IMG/VR virus record: IMGVR_UViG_3300030329_003230
Coordinates: 23,401 to 87,400 of that record
DNA from: a virus
Strand: one strand, 5' to 3'
Length of the DNA: 64,000 bases
In this document: piece by piece, positions 27,049-38,766 of the stretch
How the letters are laid out: the number at the start of each line of letters is the position of its first letter
Position numbering within the stretch: position 1 is the first letter of the stretch
Made by a program: the position numbers and the translations under genes
Notes under the pieces: model-generated
The model's input: only the letters and a program-made list of their open reading frames with translations
What the model was told of the DNA's origin: nothing
Database searches by the model: none

Positions 27049-29427
27049 TCAAGCAGACGGTAAAGTTATCCAACCTTCAGTTCCGTTTAATCCGTGAGAA
27101 CCACTTGCAGCACCAAATTGCCCATCAGTATAAGCCATTAGAGTTATTGATTGCATAGTAGTTAATGTAATTACATTTGGAGCAGTAACTAATGGATGGG
27201 CAGTACTAGAACCTCCATCTAATACATCTGAACCAGAACCACCAGTACCACTATTATTAGGTATAATTGTAACAGTTCCATCACTAATATTTTTGAATAT
27301 GAAAAACATTTGTGCTACCCCACTTGCAGCAGGTAAACGATAATTATGAGCCGTAGAACTAGCGTGATTTAGACAAACTATTGTTTTACTTAAACTTAAA
27401 CTATCTACTCCACCAGCACCAGCACCTGAATTATTAACTTCTACTGGTTCTAAAGAAGTATAACCATTAGTGATTAATCCAGTAGTAGCAGTAACAGTAG
27501 TACCAGCAGTTATACCACCCGCAACAGATACATTATCTGAAGTATCCATCGTAATTGTGGCTCCTCCATCAGATGCTTGAATTACGTTTCCTGCAACTCT
27601 TAATTTACCATCAGAAGTTATTCTAATTGCTTCCGTTAATGTGCCATTTAAACTAGTTGAAAAAACCATAGCTGAATCTTGAGTACTTCCAGTAGCAGTA
27701 AATGATTGTTCTTTCAAAACTTGTATTTTACCAGAATCAACAGCGTTACCACCAGTATCTTCTAAATCAAACTGTATTGATACTTTACCAGCAGTACTTG
27801 CTGCGTCACTTTGATTGGTTAATTTTAGAGCAATTAATTCAGCATCTGTATCTTTACTTATTTCTAACATGCTGTCAGGGGCTCTTGTCCCAATACCAAC
27901 TAAACCTGTTTTAGTTATAGTAAAATCAGAATCAGTATAAGCACCGGCATCATCTGTAGCAGTGTTATAACCTATATGTAAAATATTATCTTGTGCAGTA
28001 GTTGCAGTACCTATAGCCCAATTATGATGAGTGGACCCATCTATATTTGTCATAATTATATTTGTACCATTATTACCAACATTGTTAGATACTAACTGCA
28101 TTCTTGCATCATCGTCTTCTATGATTAAATTTACATAATCATCAGGGTCATAATTTGATACTGCTGTTTCTTTAATATGTAATTGTGCTGATGGATTAGA
28201 TGCTCCAATACCTACTCTACCAGTTCTAATATGCATTGTGTCATTATCTGCACCAGCAACTTTAGTTCTAAATATAAAACCGCCATCTTCAGTACTATCA
28301 CTTTTATCGAATATTCTACAATAGATGTGAGCATAATCAATTTCTTCAGGCGTACCTGCATCATTCATTCCAGCAAAAATAATTTGACCTACATAATCAT
28401 CATCTGCTGGACTTGAACTTGTTCTTAGGAATTTAATATCGGGAGAACTGTTAGTACCAGCATCTGTGCTTTCTACTATTAACGCTGGTGTAGTGTCAGC
28501 ATTTAATGCATATTTAATGTGTAAAGGAGCATCAGGTGTGGTTTCTCCAATACCTACATGTCCACCATTAAATAGAGCAGCATAATTAGTATCACCACCT
28601 GAAACTGTAACATCAAGACCAGTAACGGTTTGAGTTCCACTACCTGCCCCTACAACATCAACATCCATACCTATTGCAGTTGAAGTTCCTTTACTCGATG
28701 AAGTAACATCTAAATCAATTCCTATATCGTTATGAGCAGCAGTTCCACTATCTTGGGTTGCTCTATCAAAATCAATTTTTAATGTGGTAATATCTTCAGC
28801 ACTAACAACAGTTGCTGCTCTATCTTTATCAATTATAACTCCACCAAGAGTTGGAGTAACTGTAATTCCAGAACCATCACCAGTAATATTACCCGATTCT
28901 GCATAATAACTACCAGCATCATACCCTATAGATACAGAATTCTTTTGTTTATCTAATGTGAATAATTGGAAATCATAATCAGCCTTATCATCATTTGTAC
29001 CTGCGGTAATTTTTACTAAAGCAATAGGAATATATCCTGCTGTGATGTCTGCCACTAAAGGTGTAGCAGCCGCAGTTCCTTGAACAATACTTAGGGATGG
29101 ATTTCCTCCAATATTGGGATTTAATAGAACCCAATCGTATCTAGTATGAGAAGCATGTTGAACGGTTGATGAATATGCCTCATCTAAATTGGTTCCATAA
29201 GTAGCATATTGTCCCTTTGAAGTAAAATGAATAGGTTGGGCTAAGTTATATTGTGTGTATGTTCCACCATCAGTAATTGTGAATCCTGCATGTCCTATAC
29301 ATATATCCCCTTCAGAATAAGCCTGTAATGCTTTAACTATTCCTGAATGAATATTATCTGTTCCGTCAATTAAACCCGCATTTGGTGTTGCTGCTAATTT
29401 AGTTATTTTTCCTTGATTTGCTACCAT
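27049..29427 (-). CDS. Tail fibre / receptor-binding protein
   Basis: Repeated GxVGIG..P...L[HE]I fibre units, Gly/Thr-rich; last gene of the tail module. Confidence 0.75.
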   Translation of the reverse strand: MVANQGKITKLAATPNAGLIDGTDNIHSGIVKALQAYSEGDICIGHAGFTITDGGTYTQYNLAQPIHFTSKGQYATYGTNLDEAYSSTVQHASHTRYDWVLLNPNIGGNPSLSIVQGTAAATPLVADITAGYIPIALVKITAGTNDDKADYDFQLFTLDKQKNSVSIGYDAGSYYAESGNITGDGSGITVTPTLGGVIIDKDRAATVVSAEDITTLKIDFDRATQDSGTAAHNDIGIDLDVTSSSKGTSTAIGMDVDVVGAGSGTQTVTGLDVTVSGGDTNYAALFNGGHVGIGETTPDAPLHIKYALNADTTPALIVESTDAGTNSSPDIKFLRTSSSPADDDYVGQIIFAGMNDAGTPEEIDYAHIYCRIFDKSDSTEDGGFIFRTKVAGADNDTMHIRTGRVGIGASNPSAQLHIKETAVSNYDPDDYVNLIIEDDDARMQLVSNNVGNNGTNIIMTNIDGSTHHNWAIGTATTAQDNILHIGYNTATDDAGAYTDSDFTITKTGLVGIGTRAPDSMLEISKDTDAELIALKLTNQSDAASTAGKVSIQFDLEDTGGNAVDSGKIQVLKEQSFTATGSTQDSAMVFSTSLNGTLTEAIRITSDGKLRVAGNVIQASDGGATITMDTSDNVSVAGGITAGTTVTATTGLITNGYTSLEPVEVNNSGAGAGGVDSLSLSKTIVCLNHASSTAHNYRLPAASGVAQMFFIFKNISDGTVTIIPNNSGTGGSGSDVLDGGSSTAHPLVTAPNVITLTTMQSITLMAYTDGQFGAASGSHGLNGTEGWITLPSA

Positions 29428-29428
29428 C

Positions 29429-29791
29429 TTATTTCACCTGCACCACAATTGTAAATTCTAAAATATCAGTTGCCGTTATTGGCCCCACACCATCAAAATC
29501 AATTCTGTTTAACATATTACCACTACTATCAAAAATTCCTACTTCTGTTATTGTATATCCAGTTAACGCCGAAGCACTTCCTAAGAAACTCGCCTTGAAT
29601 TCCACTCCTGTATCATTTGCTAATGTTGATGAAATATTACTTGTTACCGTTGGTACTCCATTTGTTGTTCTTGGTGAATCTAATTCATTTGCGCTTGGAT
29701 TAGTACTATCTGTTCCTGTTCCTACATCCATACTGGCAAAATTAGTTTTAATTAACGTTGCTATCTGTTTCTTTCCTTCTTCTGTTATCAT
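29429..29791 (-). CDS. Small tail-tip/fibre-attachment protein
   Basis: MITEEGK...VGTG...ITEVGIFDSSGNMLNR pattern common in tail-collar/baseplate proteins. Confidence 0.6.
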   Translation of the reverse strand: MITEEGKKQIATLIKTNFASMDVGTGTDSTNPSANELDSPRTTNGVPTVTSNISSTLANDTGVEFKASFLGSASALTGYTITEVGIFDSSGNMLNRIDFDGVGPITATDILEFTIVVQVK

Positions 29792-32700
29792 TCAAACGCC
29801 TTCCCTTTAGTTAAATCTAAATCCAACATTAATGTCTTATTGGATAGTGTTGCTGTTCCTCCACTCAAAGTAAATCCTAATGTGGTACTGAATCCTAATA
29901 ATGCCCCCGAAGAGAAACCTAAATTTGTACTTGCGTCTGCTGGACAATACAATAAGTCTCCTTTAGTTAAAGTGACACTGAGAGGAGTAACAAGAGTAAT
30001 CTGAGTAGAACTTACTGATTCTATAACCCCTAAGTTAGTACCAGCGTTTGTGTAGAGGTTCGCTCCAGCAAGGAAAGTGCTACTAATATCAATAGTTGTT
30101 GAAATTTTATCACCACTAGATACAGTAGCAGCAACGCCGGTATAATTCATATCAGCACTAGTAGTTATTTTATGAACTTGTAATGTTACTTCTCCTATCT
30201 CTAATTCATCAAATAAATCGATATCTTGGTTAAGAGTTTCTGCTATATCTTCTTTGAAAGTTCTATCTAATCGTTTAATTTCAGTAATATTTTCAGCCAA
30301 CAATTGACCCAATCCCTTTGAATATTTACTCAAAGTTAATTTGACAACTCCATCTATAGAATAGTCAATTCCAGTTATCATATAATTCGAACGAGGAATA
30401 TTTTCAGATGGATAATGAACAACTACACTATCTGCAATTTTAACTAATTCAGTACCTCTTCGGTCAGTTTCTATTTTTAATTCTATATTTTCAGAAGAAT
30501 GTAATCTCAATAATTTTTGAGCCAATTGTTCTGCTTGAACTTTATCAGAAATTGTTCTATCTATTCTTTCTAATGTCCTTTTACCTTTTAATTTGATACT
30601 TTCTAAATCTCTTTTTCTGACTTTCAAATCTTTACCATATACCACTACGTCATTGTATAACTCAAAGGTGTTTTTATTTTTGGAAGCCAACATAATATTT
30701 TGAGTATCTTTATTCATTTCATCTATTTCGATAGATGTATTACGTTCAAAATCTTTAGAAGAAGATACTTCTATAGTGTTATTATCAACATATAATTCTA
30801 AGTCTTTGTTACCCAATATAGAACTACAGGCTGAAAATAAGTTAGATTCTCCACCAAGGAATTCAGGAGCCATAAAATAACTTTTAGGGGTTTCTGTCAC
30901 TGAAGTTATATCAGACCTTTTAGTATAATCTATTTCTTCTTTCTTTAAAATATTATTAACTATATCTTCTATCTCTGGAGCAACTGTTACTCCTACTCCT
31001 ATTGATGCGCTTTTTATATCACTCAGAGTAATTCTATCTTTAGTTGTAATTTCAAATATTTCCCCAATAGACAATATCCCTGCCGCCTCTTGCATATTAG
31101 TGAAAGATAATTCTGTACTGTTAGTGGACGCTTTAACTAACATAGTATCTTCCACTCTTATTTCACCATCTGTTTTTAACACATTATACTGAGTATTATT
31201 AGTAAATGGTTTACCAGAACCAAATAAGTTTCCTTTATCTCTACAAACAACATAATCGGAATTATCTGTATCTACATCTAAAGTAACATACATTGATAAT
31301 AACCCTTCATTGAATGGACTATCAATAGAATTATTTGTATTATTAGAATTAAACGAATTATTTATTTGTCCATACATCTCATTAGAGTATGGTTTTTTAC
31401 TCGTTTTTCTACTCATTACATATGTTTCAATATTATTAGGAGTAAAATTATATGTGCAAATTTCAGCGGGTTTCATTATTCTAAAGTGAGTATTTTTAGG
31501 AATATTAACATCATCAGTTAGACTAGAATCATATGCGCCATCAATATAAATTATATGTCGAATAATGTTATCTCTACCTTGAGTACCAGAACCAGTGGGT
31601 TCTTCAGCCTGACTTTTAACCTGAGTTTCGTGAGATACAACATAATATATTTTATCTGGAGTTATTCCTTCTACATTCCTAAAGAAATTACTACTAACAT
31701 CAGTTCCTATGTTCTGTGATATTGTTTCTTTAGTAGAAATTTTAGCAACTGTGGTATCATTCGCATTATTAGAAAAAGCAACATCTACAGTCAAAGCAGT
31801 ATCACTTGTTATACCTGTAATAATTCTAGTTTCTCCACTAACAGTTATTGAATCCCCTACAGATAATTCTGTTAAAAATTGTGTTCCTACTCCAGTTACT
31901 GAAGTAGAAGCAGCAGGGTCTATACTTCCAGTTAATGAATCTGAAGTAGTTCCGCTTAAATTTTTATCAAATAATGCTTCACTAGACTTACTTTCTCCAC
32001 TGTAAGAACCTGCTTCTGATACTAAATACATTCCAGTTAAATCTACAAAATTTAAGAAACCGTTACCTGCGGCTTGCGGTGGTTCACTAGTGTCAAAGGT
32101 ATCAATTTCTATTCTAACTAATTTCTTACCATCTGGAGAATTTTTCCATTCTACATCGGTAATATTTCCAGTAGAATAATTCTTAGAAATGTAATCATAT
32201 AAGAAATTAAATTTTATTTTATTTATGGCTGTGTAAGATTTTTGAGTAATAGTAGAATCATTAGCAGTAGTTGCGGAATAAGAATCATTGTATTTCCCTA
32301 ATGTTAAGGGAGTAGTTAACGTAGAAAATTCAGTGGAAAAGAATCCCATATCTAACATAGAAATATTACTCATTCTAAGTGGATAATATGGGAATTTATT
32401 ACTTGCGAATGTATTAAAATCAGTACCTTCTCTAAATCTATTACCTGATTTTGGATTATAATAATAAAAACTGTAACAAGGCATTACACTACCACTTAAC
32501 ATATTAGGGGTAGGATTAACAGCGGGCAAGTCATTATCAGTTACACTTGTATCTAAAGATAATACAAATACTGGACAGGCAACATATGTTAATGAACTAC
32601 CAGAGTAACCAGTACCTCCATCAGTGGCAAAATTACTAACGCCACTATAAATAGCATTATTAATTGGGTCTAATCTAGTAATGGCTCCACCGGATGCAGT

Positions 32701-35700
32701 AACTCTATACACAGCATTGAATTTAGCATTATTAGTTCTACCACCACTACCAGTAAAATCACTTTCTAAAATTAAAGCAACAACATCATTAGTAACATAA
32801 CCAGTACCACCCGCAGTTATACTAGTAATAGCACTACCCATAGCACTAGAAGTAGTAGTAATCCTTGCCATCTTACCGTATTGGGGGATAGTTCCACCAC
32901 TTGCGCTTCTTGTTGATTGAGTAGGAGTGGCATCACAAGTTTTTATTCCTGTAATAGAATGCCAAACTTGAGAATTATCAGTACCTGCACCAGTTGAAAT
33001 AGGATACAAGAAATTTATTTTCATTCCGTCGATTAAAGGAATATAATCGCTACCTGAATATCCGTTCTGTCTAGGTAAAAATATGAAATCATTACCAGTT
33101 ATTCTAATCATAGTATGAGTTAAATCCTGTGCGTTTGCAGATAAGTTAGGATAAGCCTGACCCTCTATGCCAGTTATGTAATCATTTTGTGCTCCGGTAA
33201 CTGTCGCTACAATTTTACTCATATTAGTTATAGGTAAAGTAGAACCTTGCATTAGTGTAAAGAAATTATTACTTAAATTTCTATAAATTGATTGGTTAGT
33301 TCCTAAATCTTCTAAAATTAATTGAATAGTTCCATCATAAGGTCTAGTGGGTATCATCGGTAAACCGTTAGTTGTACTTGCTCTAGTTGAGAAATCTGGA
33401 TGTTGAAAACTGTGAGAAATTAAACCCTTTCTAATTAAAGATGGTTCTTGTAATCTTCTTATTTCTTCATAAATACTGTAAGGCTTACTTAATGCCGCTA
33501 CTCCTATGTGATTATAATTTCTAAACCCAGTCTTTCCATGAAAGTAGTAATTATTGTAAGGAGAAGCAATCCATCTTTGGGTAGTAGTGCTACCAACGTG
33601 ACTATTACCACTTAATTCTACATATTGGTGTAATAATGGACTAAATTTATTAGATACTGCATCTAATTCTTTGTATTTATCATCTGAATTTAACCAACTG
33701 AAATCGTTTATTTTAGATGGGTCGCCGTTATCACCAAATAAAGAAAGGGCTAATGTAGCAGTATCAGTACTACTTGTAGCAGCATCTAAATCTGGATACA
33801 CTGGAGATTGTGGATTTTTAAGAGCGTTAGTATTTCTAGTGATTAATTTAGTACTAACCCTACTGCCGCCACTTGAGGCTAAAGATGCCATATATACTGG
33901 CCCAATGTAACTAGTAGCGTGGAAAGTTCCAGAAGCCCCACCCTCATGTAATTCTATAAAATGCCCCGAAGCACCAGAAATAGGGTGAGTAGTAACATAA
34001 TTATTCGCTTTACCAATTAATTCTCCAAATCTAGTAAATAAATAATGCCCATCAATACTACCACTCGCTTCAGGGTCTGCATCTAAAGTAAGATATCCCA
34101 TCCTTGTGCCTGAAACGCTATTTGTATAAGCAGTAATTTGGAAATTATTCAAATTAGTACCATCAATATTATCAGGTAAATCTATTGGTTGATTCAAATA
34201 ATAATGTTTGATATCGCTATTATAGAGGCTTTCCTTTACAGTTGGTGGGTTTTCACCATCAATTGGGTTAAATGTAAAATCATAAGTTGCTTCTATTAAT
34301 CTCATTAATCCGAATCTTTTTATTTGGTTTGGGGTTATAGATGCCGAATTAATATCTAGGGTTTGTTGAGAAGTATCCAAATATTCATCTCTTGGGATTG
34401 TTCCTAAATATTTATCTTGTTTTAATTCACCTACTTTTTCTGGACTATGTGATTTTAAAATCAAAGAGTAATCAGTAAATACACTATCAGATAAAAACCC
34501 GATGTGATTATCTCTTCTCATAGATTCAGGTAAAATATCAGAAATTGAAAATAAGAAATAAGTTGGTGATTTTGGGTCAGATACTTGTAGCATATCTCTT
34601 ATTTCTAATATAGAATTGTATCCGTGTCTTGGTAGATGGGGGCTTGCATCACCACTAGTTTCATCATAATGGAAAGAACCAACAGAAAAAGTATTGCTAC
34701 CGGGTATTCCCGCTTTAGGTATCATATAGATTGGAGCCATTAAATCATCATCTTGTAAAAGAGAATTAGAACCTGTAGTAGCAGTATTTGTTTCAGCATA
34801 GAATTTCTCATAATCTCCGAAATTACTACCTAAAATACCAAAAGTTCCTCTTTCGTAGGGGGCTGGATATAAATTTTTAATCATTAAAGAGTTATGAACG
34901 TAATTTTTTGTATAATCTGTTCTTAATTCTTTAGTTAAAGACTCTTCAATAGTAATTCCACCCCTATTTCCGGGGTAAAATTTTACTAATTGGGCTACAC
35001 CTTTAACTTTAGAAGAAGTATTTGAGTAATTTAAATTATGAGAACTTTCAATATAATTTATTTTTTTAATCGGATTTCTATTGAGCGTTCCAGATTTAAA
35101 TCTATTTAAATTAGTATATTTGAAATATAACCCACCATAGGGAAAAAAGGTAAGAGGTACTGGAATTTTATAAGCATTAGAAATATTAGAGCCTTTTATT
35201 GAATCAATAGGAGCGATTATACCCCCAACAGGTAAACCTTGAGTGTTAATTAAATATAAGTGGTCTGTATTATTTTCACCTAACACCTGAATACTAGTGA
35301 CTCCTGACATTGAATCTTGGATATTCCTATCCATTTCTATTACATAATAAACTACAGAAGTATCGGCTGTAGCATCTAAAATGTGAGTCTCAAAAAATCT
35401 TTTTCCTGTACCTAAATACACTCCAGAAGTATTGTAAATTGGACCTAATAACCTCTTTAAAGTGGCATCACTCATAGCAGAAGGTAAAAAACCAGTGATT
35501 CTATTACCTTTACAATAAGCATGAATTGTAGTTAAACTATCATCAGCAAAAACAGAATTACTAGTTTCATTAGGGTTTTGGTCTACTCTTCCTAAAATGA
35601 CGGGGAAAGTTGGGGCTACTCTAATTGTAGTGCTAGCATCAGAATTAGGATTAAATGATACTATAGTATATTCTGATAAACTATTAGGGGAATAAGAGTT

Positions 35701-38700
35701 TACACCATCAAAGGAAGCACCACTTTCATCTCCCAATTTACAATAATATTTGGTTTCATTTTTATGAATAGAAGAAACATCATTTATGTAAAATCCTCTA
35801 GTTTTAGTATCTAACGATTTAAGTGAAGTGGAATTATTATTATATGATGTTCCTACTAAATCTTCACCAATAGCAGTATTTGCTGAACTAGTTCCATGTA
35901 TTCCCATAGTTATACTATTACCAGAAGTAAATACTACTCCCTTACCCGATGCTCCTCTTAAATTACTAAATGTATTTTCAGCACCAACATCTGATGAAAG
36001 TGCTTTACCTAAAAACCAATTATTAGGATAACTTTCAGTACTAGTATTATCATAAGGTTTGATGTATAAAACAGGACCAGATTCAACATTGATTGTTATT
36101 TCAGCAGAAGCAGTTGCTGCTTGAGAAATAGTAATAGTATTAGCATCTGTTATACCTGTAATAGTAGTTCCTGAAGGTATTCCACTTCCACTAATATTCA
36201 TTCCTACTTTTAATTCAGTAGTCGCATTTATTGCGATGCTATCTATAGTAGTATTACTATTAGTATCCGCTATAAAGGAACCCATTACTGTTAATGCGCC
36301 GGTTTTTAATTCTAAATTAGCAAGATTTTGCTTCGCACATTCCCCAAGGAATTTATTATCTGAAGTGAATAACCACCCATAATGAGTAGCTGTTCCTCCT
36401 CCAGTTGCAAACTCAAATTGTTTATCTCCAATATTAATAACTACATTTGGTGCTAATTTTGAGCCGCACTCTACTAAATTCATTACAGGACCTTGATTTG
36501 AATAAATATAATCTTCAGAATGAAGATAATTCTTGTTGACAACTGGACCTAATAATTTAGCCATTTTATCCATTCCTAAGAAAGTTAAAATTGGCTGTCT
36601 GTCTTGTGTTTCCGTATGAATTTCCTCTACTTCTCCTTCATGAACCGCCCTCTGAATTTTACATTGTCCTGAGAAGAAATCAAGATAATTACCAGCACCA
36701 GTAAACTGAGAATAAAGAACTTTATTTTCGTTCTGGAAATACACTACCCCGTTAGCCCTATCACCATAATCAATTAATAGTCTATCACCGGAATATTCTG
36801 CATCTCGTAATACCATCTCTAAATTATATATCCTCGCTCTAGTTTTAGATGTAGTAGTGTCATTTACTTTGTAAGTTGTAACAGCATGACTGACATCTAA
36901 ATCTGTATATGTTAAATCTGTATCAATTTCAAAATCTACTATTAAATTCTGACAAACACTAGACCATCTTCTTCTATATGCTGTAGCGGCAGTATAATTT
37001 GCCTGTAAATTACCTGAAGCATAAGCACCTAAAGCGTTAACTGCTCTATAAGAACCAACAGTGATAGTTTGGGAACCGCCTGAAGGCGCAGTAATAGCAG
37101 ATGGAATGTAAAAATAATCACCTAATTTGAATGATTCAAAAGTAGAACCATTCCTCAAAAGTGCTCTTAAATCTTGACCGTCTTTTAATTTAGTAACAGT
37201 TAGAGTACTACCACCACTACTACCCGCAAAACTTCCAAAAATAGCCGTGTCTTTTTCTTTAGTTATTTCAAGTTCAAATAAATCTTGATACACTTTGAAA
37301 GTGTCCTGTTCCTGAATTTTACTTGCTAAAATTTTCTTATGGTCTAACGCTTGAACTTTACATAAATTACCTACAGAGCCATACCCCTTTGATACACTTA
37401 TATCTAAAACTGTATTTACTATGTTAGTCTTAGTTGGTGAAATTTCATAATGTAGATAACGAGTAGGCCCATTGAAATTACCACTAGCGGCGGCACCACC
37501 AGAAGCATATAACCCATTACTACTTCTTTCACCATTAACCATAAAGGAGTGAGAAGAAGTTAAAGAACTAGTGTAAGAAGTAACTTTACCTCTTCCTCCC
37601 CCATCCATAATATTATTATTATATCTATCACTATCATATAATACATCAATTAACTGTGCTTGAGTATTATAAGGTCCAGTATCAACAATCTCTCTTTCGA
37701 AATCACGCCTTGTTCTAAATAACAAAGAAGAATGAGTAGGAGTTCCCCCTATTTCTTTAGATTGATTTAATTGGTATTTAGTTCCAGCATTTAATACATT
37801 CTTTTCATCTAATCTACTATTATAGAAATAAGTTGTGGGTCTAGAAAATTCTGTATATTTTAAATGTCTATTCTCAGAAGTATCTTGTATTAAACCATAA
37901 GCAACTGCTACTGTTTTCGTATCAGTGGTTAATGGACCTTTAAAAATTCTAAATTTAGTGTTAACTTCAATCTCATTTTCCATCGCTGGCTCAAATTCAA
38001 AGGCATCTCCACTATCATCAAAAGATAATAATTTAGTTATTTTAGCAAGATGATGTTTCTTAGCGTCATCGGAATGGACTAAAACAAAATAATCATTAGT
38101 AGTAATATCCATATTGCCATTATGTTCGTAGCCTGTCTCTATTGTGGTACTACCAGACCCTAATTTTATACCAATGTTAGCGGCGTTTTCCTGCCTATAA
38201 CAATGTATTCTATTTTCTCTTGTGGTACTAAGATTAGAAAAATGTAAAGTTATTGTATCTCCAGCGGTTGCATCATAAGGAGCATATACGTTCAATTGTT
38301 CATCTTCATCTTTAGTATTACTTACACCATTAACAGAAGCATCAGAAAGGTCAGCATCAAAAGTAAAGGTTTGATTAGCATTTGTGGCCGTTGTATCAGC
38401 ACTTAAAGTAAAACAAGTAGCGTTGTTAATAGAAGCAATGGTTGCTCCTGCCGGTACTCCTGTCCCTGTTACACTCATACCTACAGCCAATCTTGAAGTT
38501 GAACCCATTGTAATGTGACGTACATTATTAGTAGAACCATCAGATAATCCAGAGGTATGATTAGTATTACAAGTATCATCTGTAAATGAATTATCTATAC
38601 TTATTTCGTAGGAAGCAATACCTCCATTTGAAGGAGTAATTCCATTATCATAGAATACAGGATTTTTACTACTATTTGTATTACAATTAACTGGTGAAGA

Positions 38701-38766
38701 AGAAGCAAAGGTGTTAACTAATGTATCAGTTATTCTTACGCCAGAATTAAGAATATATTGCGTCAT
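29788..38766 (-). CDS. Giant (2992 aa) tail tip/central fibre protein
   Basis: Position after Dit/LamG; hub-like C-terminus (YNDVVVYG...SIKLKGKR...AEQLAQKLL); S/T/G-rich inserted modules. Confidence 0.7.
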   Translation of the reverse strand: MTQYILNSGVRITDTLVNTFASSSPVNCNTNSSKNPVFYDNGITPSNGGIASYEISIDNSFTDDTCNTNHTSGLSDGSTNNVRHITMGSTSRLAVGMSVTGTGVPAGATIASINNATCFTLSADTTATNANQTFTFDADLSDASVNGVSNTKDEDEQLNVYAPYDATAGDTITLHFSNLSTTRENRIHCYRQENAANIGIKLGSGSTTIETGYEHNGNMDITTNDYFVLVHSDDAKKHHLAKITKLLSFDDSGDAFEFEPAMENEIEVNTKFRIFKGPLTTDTKTVAVAYGLIQDTSENRHLKYTEFSRPTTYFYNSRLDEKNVLNAGTKYQLNQSKEIGGTPTHSSLLFRTRRDFEREIVDTGPYNTQAQLIDVLYDSDRYNNNIMDGGGRGKVTSYTSSLTSSHSFMVNGERSSNGLYASGGAAASGNFNGPTRYLHYEISPTKTNIVNTVLDISVSKGYGSVGNLCKVQALDHKKILASKIQEQDTFKVYQDLFELEITKEKDTAIFGSFAGSSGGSTLTVTKLKDGQDLRALLRNGSTFESFKLGDYFYIPSAITAPSGGSQTITVGSYRAVNALGAYASGNLQANYTAATAYRRRWSSVCQNLIVDFEIDTDLTYTDLDVSHAVTTYKVNDTTTSKTRARIYNLEMVLRDAEYSGDRLLIDYGDRANGVVYFQNENKVLYSQFTGAGNYLDFFSGQCKIQRAVHEGEVEEIHTETQDRQPILTFLGMDKMAKLLGPVVNKNYLHSEDYIYSNQGPVMNLVECGSKLAPNVVINIGDKQFEFATGGGTATHYGWLFTSDNKFLGECAKQNLANLELKTGALTVMGSFIADTNSNTTIDSIAINATTELKVGMNISGSGIPSGTTITGITDANTITISQAATASAEITINVESGPVLYIKPYDNTSTESYPNNWFLGKALSSDVGAENTFSNLRGASGKGVVFTSGNSITMGIHGTSSANTAIGEDLVGTSYNNNSTSLKSLDTKTRGFYINDVSSIHKNETKYYCKLGDESGASFDGVNSYSPNSLSEYTIVSFNPNSDASTTIRVAPTFPVILGRVDQNPNETSNSVFADDSLTTIHAYCKGNRITGFLPSAMSDATLKRLLGPIYNTSGVYLGTGKRFFETHILDATADTSVVYYVIEMDRNIQDSMSGVTSIQVLGENNTDHLYLINTQGLPVGGIIAPIDSIKGSNISNAYKIPVPLTFFPYGGLYFKYTNLNRFKSGTLNRNPIKKINYIESSHNLNYSNTSSKVKGVAQLVKFYPGNRGGITIEESLTKELRTDYTKNYVHNSLMIKNLYPAPYERGTFGILGSNFGDYEKFYAETNTATTGSNSLLQDDDLMAPIYMIPKAGIPGSNTFSVGSFHYDETSGDASPHLPRHGYNSILEIRDMLQVSDPKSPTYFLFSISDILPESMRRDNHIGFLSDSVFTDYSLILKSHSPEKVGELKQDKYLGTIPRDEYLDTSQQTLDINSASITPNQIKRFGLMRLIEATYDFTFNPIDGENPPTVKESLYNSDIKHYYLNQPIDLPDNIDGTNLNNFQITAYTNSVSGTRMGYLTLDADPEASGSIDGHYLFTRFGELIGKANNYVTTHPISGASGHFIELHEGGASGTFHATSYIGPVYMASLASSGGSRVSTKLITRNTNALKNPQSPVYPDLDAATSSTDTATLALSLFGDNGDPSKINDFSWLNSDDKYKELDAVSNKFSPLLHQYVELSGNSHVGSTTTQRWIASPYNNYYFHGKTGFRNYNHIGVAALSKPYSIYEEIRRLQEPSLIRKGLISHSFQHPDFSTRASTTNGLPMIPTRPYDGTIQLILEDLGTNQSIYRNLSNNFFTLMQGSTLPITNMSKIVATVTGAQNDYITGIEGQAYPNLSANAQDLTHTMIRITGNDFIFLPRQNGYSGSDYIPLIDGMKINFLYPISTGAGTDNSQVWHSITGIKTCDATPTQSTRSASGGTIPQYGKMARITTTSSAMGSAITSITAGGTGYVTNDVVALILESDFTGSGGRTNNAKFNAVYRVTASGGAITRLDPINNAIYSGVSNFATDGGTGYSGSSLTYVACPVFVLSLDTSVTDNDLPAVNPTPNMLSGSVMPCYSFYYYNPKSGNRFREGTDFNTFASNKFPYYPLRMSNISMLDMGFFSTEFSTLTTPLTLGKYNDSYSATTANDSTITQKSYTAINKIKFNFLYDYISKNYSTGNITDVEWKNSPDGKKLVRIEIDTFDTSEPPQAAGNGFLNFVDLTGMYLVSEAGSYSGESKSSEALFDKNLSGTTSDSLTGSIDPAASTSVTGVGTQFLTELSVGDSITVSGETRIITGITSDTALTVDVAFSNNANDTTVAKISTKETISQNIGTDVSSNFFRNVEGITPDKIYYVVSHETQVKSQAEEPTGSGTQGRDNIIRHIIYIDGAYDSSLTDDVNIPKNTHFRIMKPAEICTYNFTPNNIETYVMSRKTSKKPYSNEMYGQINNSFNSNNTNNSIDSPFNEGLLSMYVTLDVDTDNSDYVVCRDKGNLFGSGKPFTNNTQYNVLKTDGEIRVEDTMLVKASTNSTELSFTNMQEAAGILSIGEIFEITTKDRITLSDIKSASIGVGVTVAPEIEDIVNNILKKEEIDYTKRSDITSVTETPKSYFMAPEFLGGESNLFSACSSILGNKDLELYVDNNTIEVSSSKDFERNTSIEIDEMNKDTQNIMLASKNKNTFELYNDVVVYGKDLKVRKRDLESIKLKGKRTLERIDRTISDKVQAEQLAQKLLRLHSSENIELKIETDRRGTELVKIADSVVVHYPSENIPRSNYMITGIDYSIDGVVKLTLSKYSKGLGQLLAENITEIKRLDRTFKEDIAETLNQDIDLFDELEIGEVTLQVHKITTSADMNYTGVAATVSSGDKISTTIDISSTFLAGANLYTNAGTNLGVIESVSSTQITLVTPLSVTLTKGDLLYCPADASTNLGFSSGALLGFSTTLGFTLSGGTATLSNKTLMLDLDLTKGKAFE